Origin: Candidatus Peribacteria bacterium
Lineage (GTDB): Bacteria; Patescibacteriota; Gracilibacteria; Peribacterales; Peribacteraceae
Assembly (NCBI GenBank): GCA_903854455.1
Contig: CAINWJ010000010.1
Coordinates: 1 to 50,194, forward strand
Direction: 5' to 3'
Length of the DNA: 50,194 nucleotides
The position numbers were made by a program, and so were the translations under genes. Below the pieces are notes generated by a model, which saw nothing but the letters and a program-made list of their open reading frames with translations, did not search any database and was not told where the DNA came from. Position 1 is the stretch's first letter, and each line of letters starts with the position of its first letter. Below are positions 25,879 through 34,978 of this stretch, in pieces.

Positions 25879-27092
25879 TGAGCTTTTTCAATTGATGCCA
25901 CACACATCTCAATCTCCTCTTTCGTATTGTACACAGCGACGGAGAGGCGGGTGGAGGCGGGAATCTGGAAATGCCGATGGAGCGGCTGGGTGCAGTGGTG
26001 ACCGGCGCGCAGACAGATACCTTGCTTCCCGAGGATATCAGTAAGGTCGTGTGGGTGAACGCCGTCAATGACGAAGCTTAAGCAGCCTAAGCGATTCTTG
26101 GGATCGGATGGACCGAGGATACGGATGCCTTTGATCCGGGAGAGCAATTGAGATGTATGCTTGATGAGTGTCTCCTCATGATGAGCGATCTCTTTCATCC
26201 CGATAGCGTTCATCCATTCGATCGCCGTTTGCAGCCCGATGGCATCGGCGACGGACGGTGTGCCGGCTTCGAACTTTCGCGGTAATTCTGCACTCGTAAA
26301 TTCTTCCTGCGTGACATTCTGAATCATATCGCCACCGCCCAGGAACGGCGGCATCGAGCGCAGCAATTCACTTTTTCCGTACAGCACGCCGATGCCCATA
26401 GGGGCATAGATTTTGTGGCCGGAGAACGCGAGAAAATCAATATCCATTGATTGCACATTGACCAAAGCATGCGCGATGAGCTGTGCCGCATCGATGAGGA
26501 TCTTTGCACCGGCAGCGTGCGTGAGTTTGATGATTTCTTCGAGCGGCGGTCGTGTCCCGAGAACATTGGAAAGCCCCGTGAGACTCACGAGCTTCACTGA
26601 TGTTCTCTTCAGTGCTTTTTTGAGCTCCAGCATGGACAGATTTCCCTCGGCATCGATGCCGATCCACTCAATATGAATGCCAATTTTTTCCTTGAGCTGC
26701 AGCCATGGGACGATGTTGCTGTGGTGCTCCATCACCGAGAGGATCACCACATCGTTTCGCTTCAGGTTTACCTCTCCCCATGATCTTGCTACGAGGTTGA
26801 TCGCTTCTGAGGCATTGCGCGTAAAGATGATTTCGTGTGGTGACTTCGCTCCGATGAACGCTCCGACTGATCGGCGTGCGTCGTCGTATGCAACGGTCGT
26901 CTCCTCCGCCAGCGGATGGACGCCGCGATTCACGTTGGCGTTGCTTGACCGGTAGAAATTTTCGATGGCATCGATGACGCATTCTGGCTTCTGCGTCGTT
27001 GCCGCGTTATCGAGGTATGCCAAGGCGTGCTTGCCGAACTTCCTCGTGAGGATCGGGAATTGTTTCCGGATGGCACTGATATCGAAGGGCAT
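25860..27092 (-). CDS. sufS: cysteine desulfurase, SufS type (class V aminotransferase)
   Basis: MPFDISAIRKQFPIL...AYLDNAATTQKP...FSGHKIYAPMGIGVLY...LRAGHHCTQPL. I use the ATG at 27092, because the ORF-track extension to 27320 translates intergenic palindromes. Confidence 0.92.
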   Translation of the reverse strand: MPFDISAIRKQFPILTRKFGKHALAYLDNAATTQKPECVIDAIENFYRSSNANVNRGVHPLAEETTVAYDDARRSVGAFIGAKSPHEIIFTRNASEAINLVARSWGEVNLKRNDVVILSVMEHHSNIVPWLQLKEKIGIHIEWIGIDAEGNLSMLELKKALKRTSVKLVSLTGLSNVLGTRPPLEEIIKLTHAAGAKILIDAAQLIAHALVNVQSMDIDFLAFSGHKIYAPMGIGVLYGKSELLRSMPPFLGGGDMIQNVTQEEFTSAELPRKFEAGTPSVADAIGLQTAIEWMNAIGMKEIAHHEETLIKHTSQLLSRIKGIRILGPSDPKNRLGCLSFVIDGVHPHDLTDILGKQGICLRAGHHCTQPLHRHFQIPASTRLSVAVYNTKEEIEMCVASIEKAQKLLNG

Positions 27093-27186
27093 GGGGGAAG
27101 TATAGCGGAAGGAATTTCTACTGAGAGTTACATGATTTAGGGTTCGATTCGGAGATTGGGAGACTATTTGCGTGTGCTCAGTCCCC

Positions 27187-27216
27187 CTACTTTCTTTCGG
27201 TTTCGAAAGAAAGTAG
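27187..27216. repeat. perfect 13-bp stem hairpin CTACTTTCTTTCG-gttt-CGAAAGAAAGTAG
   Basis: Read directly, in the sufS / GT-C divergent intergenic region. Confidence 0.75.
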
Positions 27217-27238
27217 GCAAAGAAAGAAAGTCGCCTCT

Positions 27239-27426
27239 GGAAAAATTTCCTGCGGTTCCACGCCGCTCGCTGCGCTAAAAATTTCAAACTCACCCAGCAC
27301 CCTTCCGAGAATTCTACCAAATATCATAGAAATCGGATGATGCAGTTGTCATTTCGGAAGGGTGCTGGGTTCAAACAGTGAAATTTTTCACGCTCCGCTC
27401 ACGGGGAACCGCGACGGAAATTTTTC
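27239..27426. repeat. long imperfect palindrome (~70-nt arms, ~45-nt centre)
   Basis: The left arm (27239-27308) starts GGAAAAATTTCCTGCGGTTCC and ends ACCCAGCACCCTTCCGA. The right arm (27354-27426) starts TCGGAAGGGTGCTGGGT and ends GGAACCGCGACGGAAATTTTTC. The inner 17 nt are perfectly complementary. Confidence 0.7.
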
Positions 27427-27551
27427 ATGGCGACGGCTTACTATCTTCTCTCCATCTATGCGGAATAATCTTCGATTGCTTTGATATTGGATCCCATTTA
27501 CATCTTGTTTTTCGGTGTGTGCAGTTATTCGCACGCTGTTACACTCTCGCC

Positions 27552-29105
27552 ATGAAGTCACTTCGTTTTTGGATTCTCTGGCTCCCGTGCATCACAGCTT
27601 CCCTTGCCGCACTGGCACTCCTATTCCATGCGCTCCATCTGGCTCGTCAGACGGATGTCCAGCACATCGGCAATGCATTTGAGCTCCTTCAGTCCATTCA
27701 GCAGGGGCATCCATGGTCGTACCTGCTCTTCCCGAAAAAGTATCCGCTCCTCTCGGTGCTGCCGCTCTCCATTCTGTATGCCGCCACACTCTCCATTCTT
27801 TTTCTGGTGGGCAGGATTCCGGCTCTCTCCGCATCGGCGATCCAGGCATACCTCTTCTCCGGACCGAGCGCCATCCACTTCGTCACCCGCATGACGACTG
27901 TTCTCTTCGCGGTTGCGTTGGTGTGGATGGTCTACCGGATGAGCAGGAAGCTCTTCCCGAAAACCTCGCCCGTATTCGCAGTCCTACTGCTTCTGTCCAG
28001 CATGCTCTTCCTCACGTTCATGACATCCATGCGGCAGCATATGGTGGAAGTGGCGCTGACATTCCTCACATTTTCTTTCTCCTTTTCGTTATCAGAAGAC
28101 AAGTCACGGAACAATATGCTGCTCGCCTTCGGATCGGCGATCATTGCTTTCTGCGTGTTACAGAACGGCATCTTCGCATTCGTCTTCCCCGTCTGGGCGA
28201 TGGCTTCCGAAGGGGGACATCTCGTTCCCCGACGATGGGTGCAGCCGAAGATCATCATGATCGTTATCGCCTGTCTCTTTCTCTCCACACTGCTTGGGTA
28301 TCCGTTCCTTTGGCGGGATCTCTTCGTCCGTCACATGCTGGGGTTCGGTCTTGGCAACGAGGACATCGGCAGTTCCCCCTGGGGACTCAATGGATTTGTT
28401 GTCGGGCTCAGAACACTGATCGGCAGCGAGACGTTCCCGACACTATTTGCCACTCTGGGTTTGTGGCGTTGGCGCAGGGGGCTTGTTCGTTTGCATCCGT
28501 TCCTCCTGAGCGTTGCCGTCTACGCAGTGCTCTACTTCATTTTCTTCGGGTTCGTCGGATGGACGACGTCACGCTACTTCTTCCCGCTCGTGCCTTTCCT
28601 GGCACTGATCGGCGGCGAGGCACTCTCGTCCGTTCGCTTCTTCCATCTTCCGTTCGTTTTGCTCCTGCTCGCCGTCCATCTGCAGTTCATGTTCCTGGGC
28701 CTGCGTCCCGATACGTACGATATCGCCCGCCAGGCACTCCTCACGCGTACAACCGGTCCCATCGCCAGTACGTTCCCGCATTACTTCCTGGATATTCCAC
28801 CGACCAGAGACAGCATCAAGGTTCCGACGACATCGGTGAGGGAGCAGTATCTCCTGAGTCTTCCGGAAGATGCACCCAAAGCGCGTCCATTCGTTCCTGT
28901 CACTGCGTTTGAAACTGCCGGTGTCGTGTTGATTCCACCCAATTATTCTCTCGCTCTTCCATCTCCGTGGTTTCTGTATGAGGACATCGTCGCCGCTCCG
29001 ACAACTCAGAACATGTTCCTCTGGTCGGAGGTCGACTGGCCGTTCGTCTGGATCTTCCAGACCCGGCACTTAGGACCGAGTATGAAAATGTACTGTCGTC
29101 GGTGA
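27552..29105 (+). CDS. polytopic membrane protein, GT-C-like (ArnT/PMT-type) glycosyltransferase candidate
   Basis: More than 10 hydrophobic segments by eye after MKSLRFWILWLPCITASLAAL, in a glycosylation-gene context. The family assignment is tentative. I use the ATG at 27552. Confidence 0.6.
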   Translation: MKSLRFWILWLPCITASLAALALLFHALHLARQTDVQHIGNAFELLQSIQQGHPWSYLLFPKKYPLLSVLPLSILYAATLSILFLVGRIPALSASAIQAYLFSGPSAIHFVTRMTTVLFAVALVWMVYRMSRKLFPKTSPVFAVLLLLSSMLFLTFMTSMRQHMVEVALTFLTFSFSFSLSEDKSRNNMLLAFGSAIIAFCVLQNGIFAFVFPVWAMASEGGHLVPRRWVQPKIIMIVIACLFLSTLLGYPFLWRDLFVRHMLGFGLGNEDIGSSPWGLNGFVVGLRTLIGSETFPTLFATLGLWRWRRGLVRLHPFLLSVAVYAVLYFIFFGFVGWTTSRYFFPLVPFLALIGGEALSSVRFFHLPFVLLLLAVHLQFMFLGLRPDTYDIARQALLTRTTGPIASTFPHYFLDIPPTRDSIKVPTTSVREQYLLSLPEDAPKARPFVPVTAFETAGVVLIPPNYSLALPSPWFLYEDIVAAPTTQNMFLWSEVDWPFVWIFQTRHLGPSMKMYCRR

Positions 29106-29109
29106 TCTC

Positions 29110-30525
29110 TCACATCCACTTGAGCCGCTTCGCACCGGCGAGGCACATCTTGAGCAGGGCGAATCCGTGGTGAAATGGTCGTAGCTTCGTCGATCCGTAC
29201 GATCGCTCCAGGTAGTGTACCGGCACCTCACGCATCTGAAGTTGCCGTGCCGCCGCTCCCAGGAAGAAATCGAAATCACCGAACGGGTCCATCCGTGTCG
29301 TCACGGAGGCGTAGTGTTGTCTTAGCATTCCTTTCACCGGAGAGAGGACATCAACGAGCGGCTGAGAGAACAACCATGTGAAGAGCGTGCTGAAGATTTT
29401 ATTGCCGCAGAGATTGAGTAACCGCATAGCTCCTTTCTCAAGTGGGTAGACGAGCCGTGATGCATTCACAAATTCCGTGCGTCCGGTCGTCAGTACGTCG
29501 TACACTTTCCTGAGTTCCGAGGGATGGACGGTGAAATCTCCGTCGTAGATGATGAGCACGTCGCCCGTGGATGCTGCGATCCCTTCGTGGAGTGCGGCGC
29601 CTTTCCCGCGCCCCGATTGCTGCATTGCCCGGACGGTCACCGATTGATGCTGCTCGCCCATTACTTGTGTTAGCTCTTCCCACGTGCCGTCGCTGGAACC
29701 CCCCTCGATGAACAGGATTTCCGTGCCGAGCCCCATCTGAGGCATCGCCGCGATGATCGGACGGATGTTGCCTCTTTCGTTACGCACTGCCGAGAGGACG
29801 GTCACGGTTCGCTCCTGTCTCCCATGCTGCCGCGGGCGCGCGATGACATACTTCACGAGAGCGAACATCCGGAAGAACGGCAGGCTCACGAGGAATTTGT
29901 TGAGGAATGAATGGATGATCGGAATGCCGATGGGACAGAGCAAGCGTTCGCCGTGCGATACGATGTCAAAATCCGAGAGTAGCAGGAGATTCGTGACATC
30001 CTGTCGCCCGAGCCAGTTCTGCTCCGGAAATTTGGTCTTCCAGCCGAACCACTCTCCGATGAGGAAGAGCGGTTGCCAGAGAAAATTGTAGTACGTGACG
30101 ATGATGCGGGAGTCCTCCTGGCACACGTGAGCCCGGATCTCCTGTAGTCCGGCCTGAATGTCATGCAGGAAGTTGATGGTATCCAGGAGCAGGACATAGT
30201 CGTACCGTTCCCGATGCCGCAGCGACGAGATGTCATCGCATTCATAGGTGCTGGTAGGATCATTGGTTTTCGCCTCATCAATCATTGCCGGAGAATAATC
30301 GATGCCTGTTTTCCTCTTATTCGGCAGCTTCGCAAGCGTCAATCCGGTGCCGCATCCCAACTCCAGTACCGATGCATCCGGTCTGATAATGTTGTTGAGC
30401 CACGTCTCGCGATCACGATAGTACGTCCGGTGCCGCCTGGCATCCCGGGCACGTACCCGCGCGATGGTATCGAACTGCGATGAGACAGCCGGTGTCGTAC
30501 GATCGTTGGTCATGGATGAATACAT
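29110..30525 (-). CDS. fusion protein: class I SAM methyltransferase (N-terminal) plus family 2 glycosyltransferase (C-terminal)
   Basis: Methyltransferase motif I VLELGCGTGL. Then the GT2 pattern VTVLSAVRNERGNIRPII...FIEGGSSDGT...VLIIYDGDFT (DxD). Confidence 0.8.
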   Translation of the reverse strand: MYSSMTNDRTTPAVSSQFDTIARVRARDARRHRTYYRDRETWLNNIIRPDASVLELGCGTGLTLAKLPNKRKTGIDYSPAMIDEAKTNDPTSTYECDDISSLRHRERYDYVLLLDTINFLHDIQAGLQEIRAHVCQEDSRIIVTYYNFLWQPLFLIGEWFGWKTKFPEQNWLGRQDVTNLLLLSDFDIVSHGERLLCPIGIPIIHSFLNKFLVSLPFFRMFALVKYVIARPRQHGRQERTVTVLSAVRNERGNIRPIIAAMPQMGLGTEILFIEGGSSDGTWEELTQVMGEQHQSVTVRAMQQSGRGKGAALHEGIAASTGDVLIIYDGDFTVHPSELRKVYDVLTTGRTEFVNASRLVYPLEKGAMRLLNLCGNKIFSTLFTWLFSQPLVDVLSPVKGMLRQHYASVTTRMDPFGDFDFFLGAAARQLQMREVPVHYLERSYGSTKLRPFHHGFALLKMCLAGAKRLKWM

Positions 30526-30624
30526 GTAATTTTACGGCACCATATCCGTTCTTCTCTCCTGAGACAATTTCCTATAACAGTTCCGTACATCTTTTCATCG
30601 GTCTCCTGTACCCTGTCTCCCCGT

Positions 30625-33600
30625 ATGACCCAACGCACCACTTCCATCCTCACGTACATCCTCTTTACCGTGACACTCCTCTGGGGAGGTTTCACATTCA
30701 TCACCTACCTGGGTATCCCGGTGCATGAGCTGGTGTACCAGTCACAGGCGCAGGTGAATGCCGTTGGTCAGACTTGTGGGACCGATGCTTCCATCAGTAC
30801 GTATCTCTGCAGCGGATTTGAATCGTTGATGCCCTTCCTCAAGGCAATATTTCTGATGGGCAGTCCGTTCCTGGCATACACCATTCTCTCGATGCTCGTC
30901 TTCGGAGCGGTGTTGCTCTGGGCCGGGTACAAGACGGGGTTCTTCCATACGACGATCCACTTCCGCCCCGTCATACTCATCGGATTATTCTGCGCTTCTG
31001 TCTGGCTCATAGGGACATCATTCTCGCTCGGTACGCTCTACAATCTCAATACTCCCCAGAGTGAGATGATGCAGGATGCCAGCGGACAGCTGGCACCTCC
31101 TCCGTTCCGCCGATTCATCGAGCCGACGGCGAAGGTCTACAACGCGGCTGCTCCGGAAACACTCGCCGAGCTGCAGAACAACTATCAGGAATTGCTGGAT
31201 CGGGGGTGTTTGAACGATACCGGTCTCGTTACCCGTGGCGATGCCAAGGTCTACGATCTCAGTTTTTTCTGCATGCAGGAGAGCTTGTTTGTCCGCGCAG
31301 GAGCTCAGATCGTCTTACTGCTACTGTTCCTCTTCAACCTCATCGTTCTCGGTTCCTTCATCATTATCACTGTTCTCAGGATGAAGATTGCGCGCCTGTC
31401 TCATCTCTTCGTCTTCTCCTTCGGCATCGGTGCGCTGGTCTGGGTCATGATCCTCTGGACACTGTCGCTCTTGGGTTGGCTCCACTCCGGTCCGGTCTGG
31501 GTACTGTTCCTCTGCATCCCCATCGCTTTGTTCAAGTACTCGTGGTGGTGGCTTCAGCGTTCCTGGGATGCGGAGTGGGAGGTGGAGTTCTCCGTTAAGA
31601 ATGTGAGCATCTTCTTAGGTTGGCTTCTGCTTACGTACCTCGCTCTCAACTTCCTCAACGTCGTCCGCCCGTTCCCGATCGGCTGGGATGATCTGGGCAG
31701 CTACCTCAATCGTCCTCGCCTGCTCGCCAGCTACGGATCGTTCATTCCTTCCATGTCCCAGTTTCAGTGGGAGTACCTGACATCGCTCGGGTTCGTGCTC
31801 TTCGGTTTCGACAGTACCATCGGATCCACGTTCGCCATGCAGATCAACTGGGCGGCGGGTCTCCTGTCGGTACTTTCCGTGTACATCTTCGCGCGCACGT
31901 ACTTCGGACGTGGGAAGGGGATTCTGTCGGCAATGCTCTATTACTTCCTCCCGATGACAGGACATTTCTCGTTCGCTGACATGAAGATCGACAACGCCTC
32001 GTTCTTCGTGACGGTTCTCGCGATCTTCGCTGCCATGACGTACCTCTTTCCCGTCTCCGATGGCGAGACAGAGGAACCTGTGCGTACGGACTGGAAACTC
32101 CTCCTCCTGGCGGGGCTTCTCGCGGGGTTCAGTTTCTCCATCAAGGCAACGGGAGTGCTGGGCATCTTCCTCATCTGTTCGTGTATCACGGCTGAGTTCC
32201 TGGGTTCCTTGGGTTTTGTGGGGGTTGTGTTTGCGGGGTTCCTCGCTCTCGCGGAATTCGGTCCTCTGAACGTCAAGGATATTCTCGGTCGTGCGGCTCT
32301 TCCGTTCACCGTGTCGCAGGGCCATCTCCAGCTCCTGCTTCTCGGACTTTCCGGTGTGTTCCTCGTCGCGGCCATCATCCGGCGACCTGCTGCACTACGT
32401 CAGCTCAGCATCGCAGCAGGGTTATTCCTGGGAGGGATGGCCATTGTGATTCTCCCGTACGGTCTACACAACATGACATTGGCGGGTACGGTGTCCATTC
32501 CCGCCATGATGGGTGCACCCGATTTCGTTTCTCCGCAGGTCTCCTACCTTCAGGCTGATGAAGTCGCAGCGCAGCATCTTCCGGCAACGGTTCCGATGCG
32601 CTTCCTTCCTCCCGAACTCAAGCTCAATCCCTCCGATCCGGCATGTATGAGTTCTGCCCGTACGGAGGAATTGGACCGGTACTGGGGCTTTGGCAAAGGC
32701 ATCTCACATTACATCGCTCTCCCCTGGCGTCAGGTCATGAACATCGATGCGTTCGGGTACTACGTGACGCTCATACCGGCGTTGCTTTTGTTCATTCTTC
32801 TTCTGCTCTACCCGTCACTCTGGGATGACCGCTACGAACGGTACCAGATCGGTACTTTGAGCGTACTTGGGGTTCTCCTGCTCCATGCCGCCCTCTCTCT
32901 CTTTGAGGTGGGTTGGTATGTGCAGGCGATTGATTGGCTGGCTGGATTTCCCGGAGGGTCGTTGCTGCTTGGGGCGTGCCTGATGGTCTTTCTCACTTTG
33001 CCTTTCACAGCGCTCCTGTGGCGCCGGGAATACCGGTGGCTGGGTCTTCTATTCGTCGGAACCTGGGTATTCCTCATACAGTGGGCATTCGTTGCCAACG
33101 GTGTCGCGTGGTACGGGCTTGGGATGTTCTTCGGGTTTGCGATTGTTCTGGAGGCACTGGTGTCATTCGCGCCCGATGCTTCCATTCGTTGGCTTATGAC
33201 ATTCTTCATCGCCATGAGTATCTTAGTCTGTCTCATCAATCGTCTCTGGCAGTTCGATTCCCAGAAGAACCTCTTCGAGTATCCGCTCGGCAAGATTTCT
33301 GCCACTGCGCTGAGGGAATCGACGATTCCGGATTACGAAAACATTCGTCAGAGTGTGGAGGCACGCCGTGAGCTGATGCCGGAGACGCCGTACACGTACC
33401 GCATCGGTACGTTCATCTCCTACTTCATTCCGAAGAATCGTGAGGTCTTCCCTCTGGCCGATCATCAGATGGGCTTCTTCAACTGCATCAATCAGGAACG
33501 CGATCATGCCCTTACCCTCAAGCGGCTCAAGGCTCTCGGATTCAACGGAATCATCTTCGATACGAACACGCAGACCATCGAGAAGGATCCGAATGGCTCG

Positions 33601-33711
33601 TTGCACCAGAAGGTGCAGGCATTCACCGACTTCGTGAACGACGCCAGCATCGGGCTCAGGATTGCGGTCAATGATCCGGGGAATGGGATTGCATACATTT
33701 TGCTTCCCTGA
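30625..33711 (+). CDS. very large (1028 aa) polytopic membrane protein, GT-C-like candidate with a soluble C-terminal domain
   Basis: About 20 hydrophobic segments by eye. The C-terminal ~150 aa is hydrophilic (LKALGFNGIIFDTNTQTIEKDPNGSLHQK). Function is inferred from context only. Confidence 0.6.
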   Translation: MTQRTTSILTYILFTVTLLWGGFTFITYLGIPVHELVYQSQAQVNAVGQTCGTDASISTYLCSGFESLMPFLKAIFLMGSPFLAYTILSMLVFGAVLLWAGYKTGFFHTTIHFRPVILIGLFCASVWLIGTSFSLGTLYNLNTPQSEMMQDASGQLAPPPFRRFIEPTAKVYNAAAPETLAELQNNYQELLDRGCLNDTGLVTRGDAKVYDLSFFCMQESLFVRAGAQIVLLLLFLFNLIVLGSFIIITVLRMKIARLSHLFVFSFGIGALVWVMILWTLSLLGWLHSGPVWVLFLCIPIALFKYSWWWLQRSWDAEWEVEFSVKNVSIFLGWLLLTYLALNFLNVVRPFPIGWDDLGSYLNRPRLLASYGSFIPSMSQFQWEYLTSLGFVLFGFDSTIGSTFAMQINWAAGLLSVLSVYIFARTYFGRGKGILSAMLYYFLPMTGHFSFADMKIDNASFFVTVLAIFAAMTYLFPVSDGETEEPVRTDWKLLLLAGLLAGFSFSIKATGVLGIFLICSCITAEFLGSLGFVGVVFAGFLALAEFGPLNVKDILGRAALPFTVSQGHLQLLLLGLSGVFLVAAIIRRPAALRQLSIAAGLFLGGMAIVILPYGLHNMTLAGTVSIPAMMGAPDFVSPQVSYLQADEVAAQHLPATVPMRFLPPELKLNPSDPACMSSARTEELDRYWGFGKGISHYIALPWRQVMNIDAFGYYVTLIPALLLFILLLLYPSLWDDRYERYQIGTLSVLGVLLLHAALSLFEVGWYVQAIDWLAGFPGGSLLLGACLMVFLTLPFTALLWRREYRWLGLLFVGTWVFLIQWAFVANGVAWYGLGMFFGFAIVLEALVSFAPDASIRWLMTFFIAMSILVCLINRLWQFDSQKNLFEYPLGKISATALRESTIPDYENIRQSVEARRELMPETPYTYRIGTFISYFIPKNREVFPLADHQMGFFNCINQERDHALTLKRLKALGFNGIIFDTNTQTIEKDPNGSLHQKVQAFTDFVNDASIGLRIAVNDPGNGIAYILLP

Positions 33712-33740
33712 AGCAGGAGAGGCAGAAGCACGAGCGGAAA

Positions 33741-33835
33741 GAATGTAGAATGTAAAATGTACAATGTAGAATGCGCAAGCGTGTTTCGAAGGTTTATGCA
33801 ATCATTCTACATTCTAAATTCTACATTTTACATTC
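33741..33835. repeat. heptamer-array hairpin H1: (AATGTAN)x4.7, 29-nt loop, inverted (NTACATT) array
   Basis: Left arm GAATGTAGAATGTAAAATGTACAATGTAGAATG at 33741-33773. Right arm CATTCTACATTCTAAATTCTACATTTTACATTC at 33803-33835. Confidence 0.85.
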
Positions 33836-33851
33836 TGCCCATTTTCCTTCC

Positions 33852-34520
33852 GTGCGTACCTGCGCCATCATCCCCGCCTACAACGAAGCCACCCGCATAG
33901 GTGCAGTGATCCGCGGTGCGCGTCAGTATGTGGATGAGGTGATTGTTGTCATCGACGGTTCTACGGATGACTCAGCTGCGGTTGCACGGACCGAGGGTGC
34001 GCGGGTGATCGTGCATCCGGAGAACTGCGGTGCCGGGGCGGCGACCATGACCGGTCTGGAGGCGGCTCGCACATTGGGCTATGAGATTGCCATCACCGTC
34101 GATGCCGACGGACAGCACGCCACTGCAGACATCCCGAAGCTGATTGCCGCTCTGTCCGCGGGTGCCGATCTCGCCATCGCCAATCGCTTCGGGGGCAAGA
34201 AGACATCCATTCCCTTCATTCGCCGGATCTTCAATGGCATCGGCAATGCGGTGACGTTCTTCGCGACCGGCATCTGGCTTCCGGATACGCAGTGCGGGTT
34301 CAAGGCATTCGGTCCGCGTGCACTCCGTCAGGTCGATCTCCGCATGTCCGGCTTCGAGTTCTGCACCGAGATCATTCGCGAAGCCGCCCGTTTCCGGTGG
34401 AACGTGACCTCCGTTCCGTCGCGAGTGGTGTATTCTGAGTACACGCTTGCCAAGGGACAGTCCTTTGCGAGCGGCATTCACACCGCCGCCAAGATCCTCC
34501 TTAGATCCTTCCTCCGCTAA
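33852..34520 (+). CDS. family 2 glycosyltransferase (polyprenol-phosphate sugar transferase-like)
   Basis: CAIIPAYNEATRIGAVI...VIVVIDGSTDDS...TVDADGQH. The ORF-track start at 33771 translates the H1 repeat, so I propose the GTG at 33852. Confidence 0.85.
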   Translation: MRTCAIIPAYNEATRIGAVIRGARQYVDEVIVVIDGSTDDSAAVARTEGARVIVHPENCGAGAATMTGLEAARTLGYEIAITVDADGQHATADIPKLIAALSAGADLAIANRFGGKKTSIPFIRRIFNGIGNAVTFFATGIWLPDTQCGFKAFGPRALRQVDLRMSGFEFCTEIIREAARFRWNVTSVPSRVVYSEYTLAKGQSFASGIHTAAKILLRSFLR

Positions 34521-34522
34521 TC

Positions 34523-34900
34523 ATGATCATCGAGTTCACTCCGTACCAAATCATCGTTCCCATCTTCTCCATCATCATGGTGGCGTATGCCTGGAGCCTG
34601 GTCGGGCGTCAGCGCAAGACTATCTGGGAGGGCATGCTCTGGACCGTTTTCTGGCTGGGTATTGCTTATGTCGCATTCCAGCCCAATAGCCTGCAGTACT
34701 TGAGTTCGCTTACCGGCATCAAGAAGCATGAGAACGCCGCGACGTTCACGGCGATCGTCATCCTCTTCTTTACGGTGTTCTACATGGTCATCCGCATCGA
34801 GGCGCTGGAGCAGCGGTTGACGAGGGTGGTGAGGGATAAAGCATTGAAAGAAGCAGGGATTCATGGAAAGAACGGTGATTCGGAGGAATGTAAAATGTAG
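34523..34900 (+). CDS. DUF2304-like small membrane protein (usual partner of this GT2 type)
   Basis: 125 aa with 3-4 TM segments. It starts 2 nt after the GT2 stop. Its pattern and position match the GT2-DUF2304 pairing as I recall it. Confidence 0.65.
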   Translation: MIIEFTPYQIIVPIFSIIMVAYAWSLVGRQRKTIWEGMLWTVFWLGIAYVAFQPNSLQYLSSLTGIKKHENAATFTAIVILFFTVFYMVIRIEALEQRLTRVVRDKALKEAGIHGKNGDSEECKM

Positions 34901-34977
34901 AATGTATAATGTAGAATGACGTTTGTTGCTCTTGGAGTAGCGAAATTCTACATTCTACATTTTCCATTCTACATTCC
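34885..34977. repeat. heptamer-array hairpin H2
   Basis: Left arm GGAATGTAAAATGTAGAATGTATAATGTAGAATG at 34885-34918. Loop ACGTTTGTTGCTCTTGGAGTAGCGA. Right arm AATTCTACATTCTACATTTTCCATTCTACATTCC at 34944-34977. Confidence 0.85.
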
Positions 34978-34978
34978 G

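Noticed and set aside
27132-27160. GGTTCGATTC, a T-arm-like string suggesting a second tRNA upstream of sufS.
   Set aside because: I could not fold a cloverleaf. There is no complementary T-stem or acceptor stem around it.
31615-32325. 236-aa antisense ORF inside the 1028-aa membrane protein gene. Similar ones lie at 38341-38982, 43490-44146 and 39698-40261.
   Set aside because: They lie opposite to genes with strong family signatures or clear TM periodicity, and their charged low-complexity composition is typical of shadow ORFs.
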